DNA of 64,000 bases, taken from assembly GCA_963666835.2 (NCBI GenBank), contig CAXXGO010000001.1, positions 800,001-864,000 on the forward strand, given 5' to 3'. The translations under genes were made by a program, and so were the position numbers. Under the pieces are notes generated by a model. That model saw only the letters and a list, made by a program, of their open reading frames with translations, had not been told where the DNA came from and did not search any database. Source of the DNA: Phycisphaerae bacterium. Its GTDB lineage: Bacteria > Planctomycetota > Phycisphaerae > UBA1845. Of the stretch, positions 9,578 through 17,838 are shown one piece after another (positions within the stretch are counted from its first letter, which is position 1; every line of letters begins with the position of its first letter).

Positions 9578-10048
9578 GTGTTTCTGCGTCTTCTACTACT
9601 GCTTACGGTGGTGCCCCTCGTTGAGCTCACCATCCTCCTGCGGATCGCCGAGCGATTCGACTGGGGGCCGACAATCGCTCTGGTTCTGGTTACGGGGGCG
9701 TTGGGGGCGTGGCTGGCTCGCCGTGAGGGGCTCAAGACATTGGGGCGCATCCAGAACGAAATGGCCCAGGGCATTCCACCCACCGGGGCCATGGTGGACG
9801 GGCTGTTGATTCTGGTGGCGGGTGTCGTACTGGTGACCCCGGGGATCCTTACCGACATGTTCGGGTTCGTACTTCTGATCCCCCCATGCCGGGCCTGGAT
9901 TCGCAGGCGCCTGTCCGCGGCATTTAAGCGGCACGTAGTTGTCATGCACCGTGGTGCGGCACAGACATCCTCAGGTCCGGAGCCCTTCGTCGATGTAACG
10001 GCGACCAGCCGCGAAGCGGACCACTCCGACCGAGAAGCACTTCCATAG
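9578..10048 (+). CDS. fxsA: FxsA family membrane protein
   Basis: GTG start after AGGAGG; VPLVEL..L, TGALGAWLARREG, LVTPGILTDMFGFVLLIPP.R. Confidence 0.88.
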   Translation: MFLRLLLLLTVVPLVELTILLRIAERFDWGPTIALVLVTGALGAWLARREGLKTLGRIQNEMAQGIPPTGAMVDGLLILVAGVVLVTPGILTDMFGFVLLIPPCRAWIRRRLSAAFKRHVVVMHRGAAQTSSGPEPFVDVTATSREADHSDREALP

Positions 10049-10290
10049 ACGCTCGGATCAACCGCCGGGTATCCCATTATGTTGGACGGACCGACGTCCG
10101 GAATCCCGGAGCGTTACAGAGCCCTGACGGCTCGATGCCGTTCAGGAACCAGGTGGCCGATCTTACCGGTCTATCTCTCGGTGACGGCGCCGTGTCGATG
10201 AGCTGCTACCGTGCCGCCGAAACATATTCGATATTGAACGTAAGCGAGCATGATGTCGGGAAGATAGCGATTCATGGTCAGGGGTCTGCG

Positions 10291-12297
10291 ATGTCCGAGA
10301 GAGAAGGTTTTGCAAAGATCTCCCTTGCCGCCGTACGGGCGCTGAGTCACGAGAAAGGCGCAGATTTCGAGGTCTATCTTCCAGGGGCGGATGGCCAGAC
10401 CCCCGTTCTCTACCACAAGTCGGATGGGGATGTTGCCGGCCCGGACTTCCACCGAATGGCCGAGCATGGTGCTACCTCGCTGTTCGTGCGTCTCGAAGAC
10501 CTCACCGAGTGCGAACGTGCCATCGAAGCCCGGTTGGCGGACATTCTGAATAACCCCAGGGTCGCCCCGGCCGACAAGGCCGTGGTTGTACAGGGGGCGG
10601 GCACCACCATTGCACGTGACATCATCAACGAGTCGGTGTCATCACAGGGTCTGGAGCGGGCGTCGGTCGCCTTGGACAGTATGATCGGGTGTGTATTGAA
10701 CGACCCGGTTGTAGCGGCGTATCTGTTGGAGATGGCCGGGCACGAACGCTCGACCGCCAGCCACATGTTCGTGGTCTCTACGCTCTCGGTAATGCTGGGG
10801 GCGCGGGCCTTCGGTACGGACCCGGAAACGCTCAAGGCGCTGGCTTTCGCCGGCATGCTGCACGATGTGGGGAAACTGTCGCTCGACGCCGACCTGCTCA
10901 ATAAGCCCAGCCCACTCTCGCGCGAAGAGATTCAACTGGTTCAGCAGCATCCTATCGAATCCGTGCGTTTGCTCGGAGATGATCCCCATGTTTCGCAGGC
11001 CGCCAGACAGATGATCCTGCAACATCATGAACGGGTCGACGGACGGGGGTATCCGGTCGGAGTATCGGGGGCCGATCTACTGCCGGGCAGCCGGGTTATT
11101 GCGATCACGGACTCGTTCCACGCGATGATCGGGCAACGGTCGTATCGCGCGCCGCTTACGCCGCCGGAGGCAAACCGCGTATTGAGCACCCAGGCCGACC
11201 GACAGTTCGACGCCGATCTGCTTGTGCGTTGGCAGGAGGTCTTTGATGAGTACTGGTCTACGTTGAGCCGGAAGGACCGGCCGGAATTCGTGCCGGAAGC
11301 CGATGAGCTGTCATCGCGTCACGAGCATCGTCCCACTCCGCCGGTCCCCAAGATGATTCATCAGCGACCCACTCGGCACGCCTGTGACGGCCGGACGATG
11401 GTCCAATGTAAATACGCCGGCCGTCTCATCGATGTCAGCACCGCTCCGGCCGAGTTCGGAGCCCTGGTTCATGACGTCTCTCGGAGCGGAGTGTGCATTT
11501 ACGCCGCGCATCCTATGTACCGCGGCGAAGTGGTTCACGTCCAAGTGGGGACGTCCGGTACGGCAGCTTGGCTGCGGAGCACGGTGGCCTGGTGCCGGCA
11601 GACGAACCCCAGCTCGTACCGCATTGGTCTGCGCTTCACCCAAAGGCTGTCCGAAGCCCAAGTGGATGAACCGGCCGACGTTATACCGATGGCAGAGACG
11701 TCGGGGATCTCCAGACCTACCGGTGGCTCCGGCGCCTCAGGCTGCAAAGGCCCTTCGAAAAGCGCCAAAACCGCTCCGGTCGGCCGCAAACGCGAGCATG
11801 ACCTGGGGATCCTGGCCGGGATCTCCGCCATGCGCCGACCCAATGCCGAGTCCCAGCGAACGGCGGTTACGTTGGCCATGTCCGGCGACGTCAAAGTCCG
11901 GCTCAAGGCCCTCGACGTGCTTATGAACATCGGAACGAAAATGGCGCGCGAGGCCTTAGTCAGCCTGCTGGGCGACTCCAACCAGGAGGTACGCGAGCGA
12001 GCGGTAGTCGCTACCGGAGTCGCTCGCGCGACCGAGGCTATCGGCAAGCTCCACGACATCCTTCGCGATCCCAACGACACGATTGCCCTGCGGGCGGCCG
12101 GGGCGTTAGGCCGGCTCGGCGACACGAGCGGCTTGGGTCTGGTGGAGATGATGCTGGACCCGGACTGCGCCCACGCGCGGCTTGCCGCCCAGATGCTCGG
12201 GGAGATCACCGGGCACCGCTTCGCTGCCAATCTCGAGGGTATCAAGGCCGCCCGCCGCTATCTCGATGCCAAAAAGAGCCTTCTCGGTTCACGCTGA
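10291..12297 (+). CDS. HD-GYP phosphodiesterase-like protein with a PilZ-like domain and C-terminal HEAT repeats
   Basis: GMLHDVGK and QHHERVDGRGYP (HD-GYP); HDVSRSGVCI...VAWCR...YRIGLRF (PilZ-like); LLGDSNQEVRERA and LRDPNDTIALRAAGALG (HEAT). Start uncertain (10135, 10198 or 10291). Confidence 0.8.
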   Translation: MSEREGFAKISLAAVRALSHEKGADFEVYLPGADGQTPVLYHKSDGDVAGPDFHRMAEHGATSLFVRLEDLTECERAIEARLADILNNPRVAPADKAVVVQGAGTTIARDIINESVSSQGLERASVALDSMIGCVLNDPVVAAYLLEMAGHERSTASHMFVVSTLSVMLGARAFGTDPETLKALAFAGMLHDVGKLSLDADLLNKPSPLSREEIQLVQQHPIESVRLLGDDPHVSQAARQMILQHHERVDGRGYPVGVSGADLLPGSRVIAITDSFHAMIGQRSYRAPLTPPEANRVLSTQADRQFDADLLVRWQEVFDEYWSTLSRKDRPEFVPEADELSSRHEHRPTPPVPKMIHQRPTRHACDGRTMVQCKYAGRLIDVSTAPAEFGALVHDVSRSGVCIYAAHPMYRGEVVHVQVGTSGTAAWLRSTVAWCRQTNPSSYRIGLRFTQRLSEAQVDEPADVIPMAETSGISRPTGGSGASGCKGPSKSAKTAPVGRKREHDLGILAGISAMRRPNAESQRTAVTLAMSGDVKVRLKALDVLMNIGTKMAREALVSLLGDSNQEVRERAVVATGVARATEAIGKLHDILRDPNDTIALRAAGALGRLGDTSGLGLVEMMLDPDCAHARLAAQMLGEITGHRFAANLEGIKAARRYLDAKKSLLGSR

Positions 12298-12325
12298 CGG
12301 TGGTCTGCCATGACGTTGCTAATCC

Positions 12326-12422
12326 GGCAGGTCTCGTACCTCGACCTGCCCTACAAGTGATGACACTCGGATGTCATGGGCCAACTGCGATTCTGCACTG
12401 CTCAACAGCAGGGGCACACCCG
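12326..12422. repeat. Two REP-like elements matching copies at 7491-7540 and 7642-7671
   Basis: GGCAGGTCTCGTACCTCGACCTGCCCTAC nearly identical to 7642-7671. The reverse complement of 12372-12420 (GGTGTGCCCCTGCTGTTGAGCAGTGCAGAATCG...CATGACA) matches 7492-7540. Confidence 0.75.
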
Positions 12423-12444
12423 AAAACCCGGGTGTGACCTAGCA

Positions 12445-12987
12445 CTAAGGCCCTTGTGAAACCGAGAGGAGGTGCTCGGTGCGCCGGTCGAGTTCGTCTG
12501 CGCTGTCGAAGCCTACTTCGACATCGATTACCTTGCCGGATCCGTCAATCCAGAGCGCTGTGGGCAGTGCCGGTACCGCATACAGCGACTCAACCGCGCT
12601 GCCCTGCAGGAGGACAATCTGCTGCAGGTCGTTCTTCTTCACGAAACGGGCAATCGAAGACTCCGACTCATCCCACGCATTAACCGCCAAAACGACCAGC
12701 CCGCGGCCGGCGTGCTCTCGGGCCAAACGGCTCAGGTGGGGGGCCTCGGCGATACACGGTGGGCAGCCCATCGCCCAGAAGCCCAGCACGATCGGGCGTC
12801 CGCGATAATCGTTGAGTCGGACCCGGTTCCCCTGAAGATCCAACAGCTCAAAGTCCGGAGCAACCGTGCCGACTATTGCCTGGTGATACTCGGACTGATC
12901 GAACCGAGGCCAGACGAGAGCCGCGAGTACCCAGATTCCAAGAGCCGCAATAGCCGTGAACAGCGTTCGTCGATTGGTTTGGGCCAT
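12445..12987 (-). CDS. TlpA/ResA-like thiol-disulfide redoxin with an N-terminal membrane anchor
   Basis: APDFELLDLQG, FWAMGCPPCIAEAP (CxxC), ALPTALWID..GKV. Confidence 0.9.
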   Translation of the reverse strand: MAQTNRRTLFTAIAALGIWVLAALVWPRFDQSEYHQAIVGTVAPDFELLDLQGNRVRLNDYRGRPIVLGFWAMGCPPCIAEAPHLSRLAREHAGRGLVVLAVNAWDESESSIARFVKKNDLQQIVLLQGSAVESLYAVPALPTALWIDGSGKVIDVEVGFDSADELDRRTEHLLSVSQGP

Positions 12988-13121
12988 GATGAGCAGTGTA
13001 ACCGGTTTTGGGCATCAACTCCAATGAAAGGACCGGCCCGGACGGTATTCTGTAAGAACAGTCATGGGCCGGTCGATGAAGCGAAGCCTGCCGTCCGGCG
13101 TCTGCCCGCCTCAAGTGTTCG

Positions 13122-15335
13122 TCACGGACAGTCCGCCGGGCTGATGAACGCGTACGGGTTCCCCTGGAATGCCAAAACAAGCAACTGGACATCCGTCATG
13201 GAGATCGACGCCTCCGGCTCCTGCGGTCCGACATCCACCCAGACCATCGGCGGCGCCGTCGGCTCCGACGAGAACTGCTGGAGGGTTGCCATGACGTCGT
13301 TCATGTTGACGATCCCGTTGGCCGGTCCCCACGAGCCGGTGTAACCCCCGACGCAGTCTCCCCACGCCTTCGGGGCCGGGGTGCGCGTTGTCGCCCTGGT
13401 GATTGGACCGTAGTAGTTGTTCGGATCTTCGATGCCCAGGCCAATCGGCAACGCGCGAATCTCGTATTCCGAATGGGGAACGACCTGGCAACCGGTAACG
13501 TGGATCACACCGGGAGCCGTACCCCAGTCTCGGTAATACGGAGCGTGGCCGAGATAAAAGACGTCGGCTGGAGTTGACGGGCGGTGCTCTTGGACCCACC
13601 ACCAGTCTTGTCCGATGCCTTCCGGGAACAGGGCACTATCCGTCATCAGCACGCGCAAGGCAGTGGCCTCGCCCGGATGGCCGGGGCTGAAACTCACGTA
13701 CCGCGTCTTGGTCGTGCACTCGTCGGGGATACCGTCGGTATCATCGTCCATTGATGTTCCGGCGCTGATGTCGCACTCGTCCGGGACCCCGTTTCCGTTG
13801 CAGTCCGGGGTATGTCTTTCGTCGATCTCACACGTGTCCACCATGTCGTTGAGATTGCAGTCGCAATCCGAGACCGCCGATATGTCGTCGAGGCCGCCGT
13901 GGAAGTAAGAACAGATATCCTGAGTAGCCCCGAGATTCTCGTCGGACCAGTGGACCCACGGGGCCGGGTCAACCTGACTCAGCGTGAGGTAGCTGTCCGG
14001 AGTAAACACACGCACTTCCGAGTCACCGCGCCTGGTAAGGGTGTACTGCGGCCAGACGTTGAGTTCCGACACGTAGGTGCCTCCGTTGCAGTGCGTTTTC
14101 GTGGCAATCAGAGTGCCGACCGGGGCGGTGTGGGTCTCCGATAGAGTTACGACCGCATCCCACATTTCCGGATCCATCCCGCCATTGTAGGTCACCGTGA
14201 CGGGTTGTTCGAGTTTGTTGGCCAGGCTCAGGGCGATGACTTCCAGATCGACGGGATCAGCCTCGACTGGGAAACTGACCAGCACACACGGGTCGAACGG
14301 ATCTTCGGCGCGTTCGATCAGGGTGTCGGCATCCGGGAAGGTGGGGTCGCCGAGGGGGACTCCTTCAAGGCAGATTGACCCCGTAAACGGGTCTGATCCG
14401 GGACCGAAGAAGTCTGCCGGGATCGGTTGACCTCCGACGCCAGGGTCAAAACTGTGGCACATAACCCCGTTGGCCGGCGAAGACCAAGGGTCGATCATCG
14501 GTTCGTCTTCACAGTCTCGGGGAATCGCCCGAATCAATCCCTTCCCCTCCGGGGGGCACTCCATCGGGGTGACGATCCCGTGTGTAAACACGTCGCCGGA
14601 TGGCTCCATGATCAGAGCGGGCTCTTGCTCCGGGCACTCGGCGCAGGGGCCGCGGAAGACTCCGTCGATGGACGGATCTTCGCAGGTTGCCTTGGTCGAG
14701 GTTGCGCACGTTTGGATGCCGTCAACCGTGTAGCAGCATGCTCCCCATTCGCAGTCATCGACGATTCCGTTGTAGTTGCAGTCCGCCCCTTGCCCGCAAC
14801 CCGGCACGCGACAATCTCCCCCGAGCGGCCCGCAGTCGATATCGCAACGATCTTCGATCCCGTTCAGATCGCAGTCACAGGGGCTTGGGTTACAGAGGGA
14901 ACCGTCCCCGTGGTAGACTCCTGGGGCCATGATGAGCGGATTGGAGCAGATATCCTCCTGGAACTGCACGCACGGAGGGTAGTCCGGATCGCTGATACAG
15001 CAGGCTCCGCACGGGAAATCACAAGGCGCCGGGTAGCCCTGGAAATCAAACAGGGCAACCCCAACGTCACAGTAGTCGAGTAGCCCATCGCAGTTGATGT
15101 CAGGATCCAGAGCCCCGCACGTTTCGACCGCATCGCCTTCCCGCAGAACCGTCAGGATGAAGAGGATATCAGACAGGGTGGTCACGCCGTCGGGTGCCGT
15201 CCAACACCCCGTGTTAGGGCCAGCTACATCGCCGTTGCACGGGCAAGGCTGCGCTTGTCCCACGGCGGGTATTCCCAGAACGGTTACTGCAACAACAAGA
15301 TACGCCGTGAGTAGCTGGTTACATCTCATAGTCAC
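13122..15335 (-). CDS. Secreted Cys/Asp-rich modular protein with an N-terminal dockerin-like pair and the shared C-terminal module
   Basis: Signal peptide; CNGDV...DGVTTLSDI and DINCDGLLDYCDV; GACC motifs; DC(N/D)xNGxxDxC repeats; C-terminus FQGNPYAFISPADCP. Confidence 0.8.
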   Translation of the reverse strand: MTMRCNQLLTAYLVVAVTVLGIPAVGQAQPCPCNGDVAGPNTGCWTAPDGVTTLSDILFILTVLREGDAVETCGALDPDINCDGLLDYCDVGVALFDFQGYPAPCDFPCGACCISDPDYPPCVQFQEDICSNPLIMAPGVYHGDGSLCNPSPCDCDLNGIEDRCDIDCGPLGGDCRVPGCGQGADCNYNGIVDDCEWGACCYTVDGIQTCATSTKATCEDPSIDGVFRGPCAECPEQEPALIMEPSGDVFTHGIVTPMECPPEGKGLIRAIPRDCEDEPMIDPWSSPANGVMCHSFDPGVGGQPIPADFFGPGSDPFTGSICLEGVPLGDPTFPDADTLIERAEDPFDPCVLVSFPVEADPVDLEVIALSLANKLEQPVTVTYNGGMDPEMWDAVVTLSETHTAPVGTLIATKTHCNGGTYVSELNVWPQYTLTRRGDSEVRVFTPDSYLTLSQVDPAPWVHWSDENLGATQDICSYFHGGLDDISAVSDCDCNLNDMVDTCEIDERHTPDCNGNGVPDECDISAGTSMDDDTDGIPDECTTKTRYVSFSPGHPGEATALRVLMTDSALFPEGIGQDWWWVQEHRPSTPADVFYLGHAPYYRDWGTAPGVIHVTGCQVVPHSEYEIRALPIGLGIEDPNNYYGPITRATTRTPAPKAWGDCVGGYTGSWGPANGIVNMNDVMATLQQFSSEPTAPPMVWVDVGPQEPEASISMTDVQLLVLAFQGNPYAFISPADCP

Positions 15336-15906
15336 TCTCCTTGTAGACTTGGCTGCGTCGCACTCCGAAGTCGATTGCCTCGACCGGGCCGGCGCTGCGC
15401 TCTCATCATGTGATTTGTCGATGAATGCAGAGCCGGTTTCCTAAGATTCGCCATCGGGGCCTTAGCCCTGATATCGCCCATGATACTCAAGCGCGCCCCG
15501 CGGCGGCAAGAGAAAACCGCATTCAACGGCGACAGCTTCCCGGGGCCTTCAACTACGTCTGTTCGGCCGCGCGCCCGGGGACGGCACCGTCCTCAGGTTT
15601 GCCTAATCTCCCGGAATCGAGTTTCTCTGTGCGCGCAAACTTGGTTGCGGCAAGGCGGTTTTGTGGCAAGGGACAGTCGTAAGCCACTTGAACAGAACGG
15701 TTTACCGCGCTACTTCGAACGTGTCGGGCGATGTGCCGCGATGATAAAAGGGGCGTAACGGTGTTGCCAATGCGGCGGATGGCTCCTTGGCCGTTTCACC
15801 ATAGGACCCTGCGGGTGACCGACCAACGATGGGCCGGGGACAAAAGCGCATATTTCGCGCGGTCCATTGTCTTGCCGGCTAGCGTAAGATCGGTTAGAAG
15901 CACTTC

Positions 15907-16158
15907 ATGTCTCAAGCCGTATCCATTGCGGAGCCTGCTCCCAAGCCGCTCCAAGTGCCGGATGTTTCCCTCGCGATCGAAGAGTTCCTGCGTCTGACCG
16001 ACGCAGGGCTGACCCGCGCGAATGTCCGCGATTTCCTTGCCCGGCTGGAACGCGACCATGACCAGGAGTACGTGCGTCAGGTGAAGTTGCGTATCCGGGT
16101 CTTTCTCGCCAGTTATGATCTTATCCACGAGGTCGAGCGAGGTTCGACGCGGGTGTGA
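15907..16158 (+). CDS. Small hypothetical protein (83 aa), paralog of 17524-17739
   Basis: PDVSLAIEEFLRL...FLARL...Y..V.LR...S.DLI; clear protein-level similarity to 17524-17739 supports coding status. Confidence 0.75.
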   Translation: MSQAVSIAEPAPKPLQVPDVSLAIEEFLRLTDAGLTRANVRDFLARLERDHDQEYVRQVKLRIRVFLASYDLIHEVERGSTRV

Positions 16159-16358
16159 ACGGGTGACTGATTGCGCGGCAGCGTCTCCCGTGCGGGGCTG
16201 GGTGGCGATGGTTGTGGTTTTCGGTGACTGTTTGATGTCACTCGTTGCTGACGTTCCCTCCCCTTATTTTTCCATGCCGTAAGGTCTTGTGCTGCAATCC
16301 ATCTTCAGTTACTCAAGTGGCTCGCTGAGAAGCTGCATGGTTTTGGAGGGCTGTATGC

Positions 16359-17213
16359 GTGCGAAGCGAATTGGATGCGCTGTGGAATGAGACAATCGCG
16401 TATCTGGGCGAGTTCTCCGCTGAGTTCCGCAGAGGCTGGGTGGGTAAGGCGGTGCGAAGCACGCCGGTCCTGAGTCGGATGTTCGGCACTGACCCCGCAC
16501 TGGAGCATTGGCTGGCATGTGAGGTCGGCAGTGATCCCGCCGGTTTGCGCCGCGTCTGGCCGGAACAGGATCCGGCGCACACCGCCGGGCTTCTGCGGGA
16601 GTTGATCACCGTGCTCTCCGAGTTCAGACGGTGCGCCCGCGAATGCCGGAAGGTGGTGCTGGTATTCAAGCACTGGTTGCGATGGACCAACCCGCGAATG
16701 AGTTGGCGCGACGGACTGAGCGAAGCGATCGCCGAGACGCCGGGGTTTACTGAGCTGGAACATAATGACGCCAAGGTGGCACAATGGTTGCGGGAGATTC
16801 CTACCCGCTCCGCTCCGCCGTTTCTCGACGAGATAACTCCACCGCTTACCTGGAAACAACTGCAGACTCTCAGGCGCGCCCTCGACCGACTTCGCCAGTC
16901 GAATCGTCGAAAGAAGCTGGAGCCGGAGGAGATTCTGCTCGCGCCTGACGATATCGCGACACTCTCGGATTTCGATGTTCTCCGCGACTTTGAGAATCAG
17001 CTCGACGGGGACTGGGACGATTCGGATGACGAGCGTTTGCGGAAGTGTCTGGGCCGGCTCTCTTATGACGACCTGGCGACATTCCGGCTTAAACTCGACA
17101 ACTTCAAGCAGGTCGACATTGCGGAAATCGTCGGCATCTCCGACGCAGCGGTAACCAGACGGTTGGTTAAGATTATCGACATTCTGGCCATTTGCGTCCG
17201 TGAAGCCGACTGA
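16359..17213 (+). CDS. Atypical sigma-70/ECF-like protein with a C-terminal region-4 HTH
   Basis: GTG start after GGAGGG. C-terminal LRKCLGRLSYDDLATFRLKLDNFKQVDIAEIVGISDAAVTRRL resembles sigma region 4; ALDRLRQSNRR resembles the end of region 2. Confidence 0.7.
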   Translation: MRSELDALWNETIAYLGEFSAEFRRGWVGKAVRSTPVLSRMFGTDPALEHWLACEVGSDPAGLRRVWPEQDPAHTAGLLRELITVLSEFRRCARECRKVVLVFKHWLRWTNPRMSWRDGLSEAIAETPGFTELEHNDAKVAQWLREIPTRSAPPFLDEITPPLTWKQLQTLRRALDRLRQSNRRKKLEPEEILLAPDDIATLSDFDVLRDFENQLDGDWDDSDDERLRKCLGRLSYDDLATFRLKLDNFKQVDIAEIVGISDAAVTRRLVKIIDILAICVREAD

Positions 17214-17523
17214 CTCTGGAGAATCCACATCCTGCTTTGGTCACCTTTCCGGGTGACAAATACCCCGTTTTCAGCCTCGGGAGCGGCTCTCGACGCCGAA
17301 GTTGCAGAGACGTGAATCTAAAGTCGAGATAACTCTTGCGACGACGATCCCTCGAAAGGCCTTTCCTTGGCCGCGGGAACGTGCCTAGGATCCAAAGAGG
17401 AGGTCGGGTACGGCGACGCTGTTGGAACGGAGAGCCGACGTCGTTGCCACGATGAACGACAACGTGGAGTGCAGGAACCGCGGCACTGCCCCGAGTAGTC
17501 TGCGGTCAGGATACGAGGACCCC

Positions 17524-17739
17524 ATGCTCGACGATCATCAATCACGTGAGTCCGCCACTCCCGACGTGTCGGCCGCCATCGAAGAGCTGCTTCGCATCCT
17601 CGACGATACGGCAACCAAGTCGGACCTGGCCGCCTTCCTGGAGCGCTGCCGGGCTAACGGCCCGCAGTACTACAACGAAGTGCGCTTGCGGATGAAGATC
17701 CTCGCCCGCAGCCGCGACCTCATCGACGATCTGGACTGA
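17524..17739 (+). CDS. Small hypothetical protein (71 aa), paralog of 15907-16158
   Basis: ATG after GAGGA; PDVSAAIEELLRI...FLERC...YYNEVRLRM...SRDLI. Confidence 0.75.
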   Translation: MLDDHQSRESATPDVSAAIEELLRILDDTATKSDLAAFLERCRANGPQYYNEVRLRMKILARSRDLIDDLD

Positions 17740-17838
17740 TCCACGCTGCGCCGCGGCCGCCCTCCGAGTGCCGGTTTGTGGAATGCCACAAAGCCGGCTT
17801 TCGATGCACGCACACTTGGGACCTATTGAATGTCCTGT

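Noticed and set aside
16305..17228. 307-aa antisense ORF covering the sigma-like gene
   Set aside because: The plus strand has an RBS, an HTH motif and co-oriented neighbours; the antisense product has no recognisable features.
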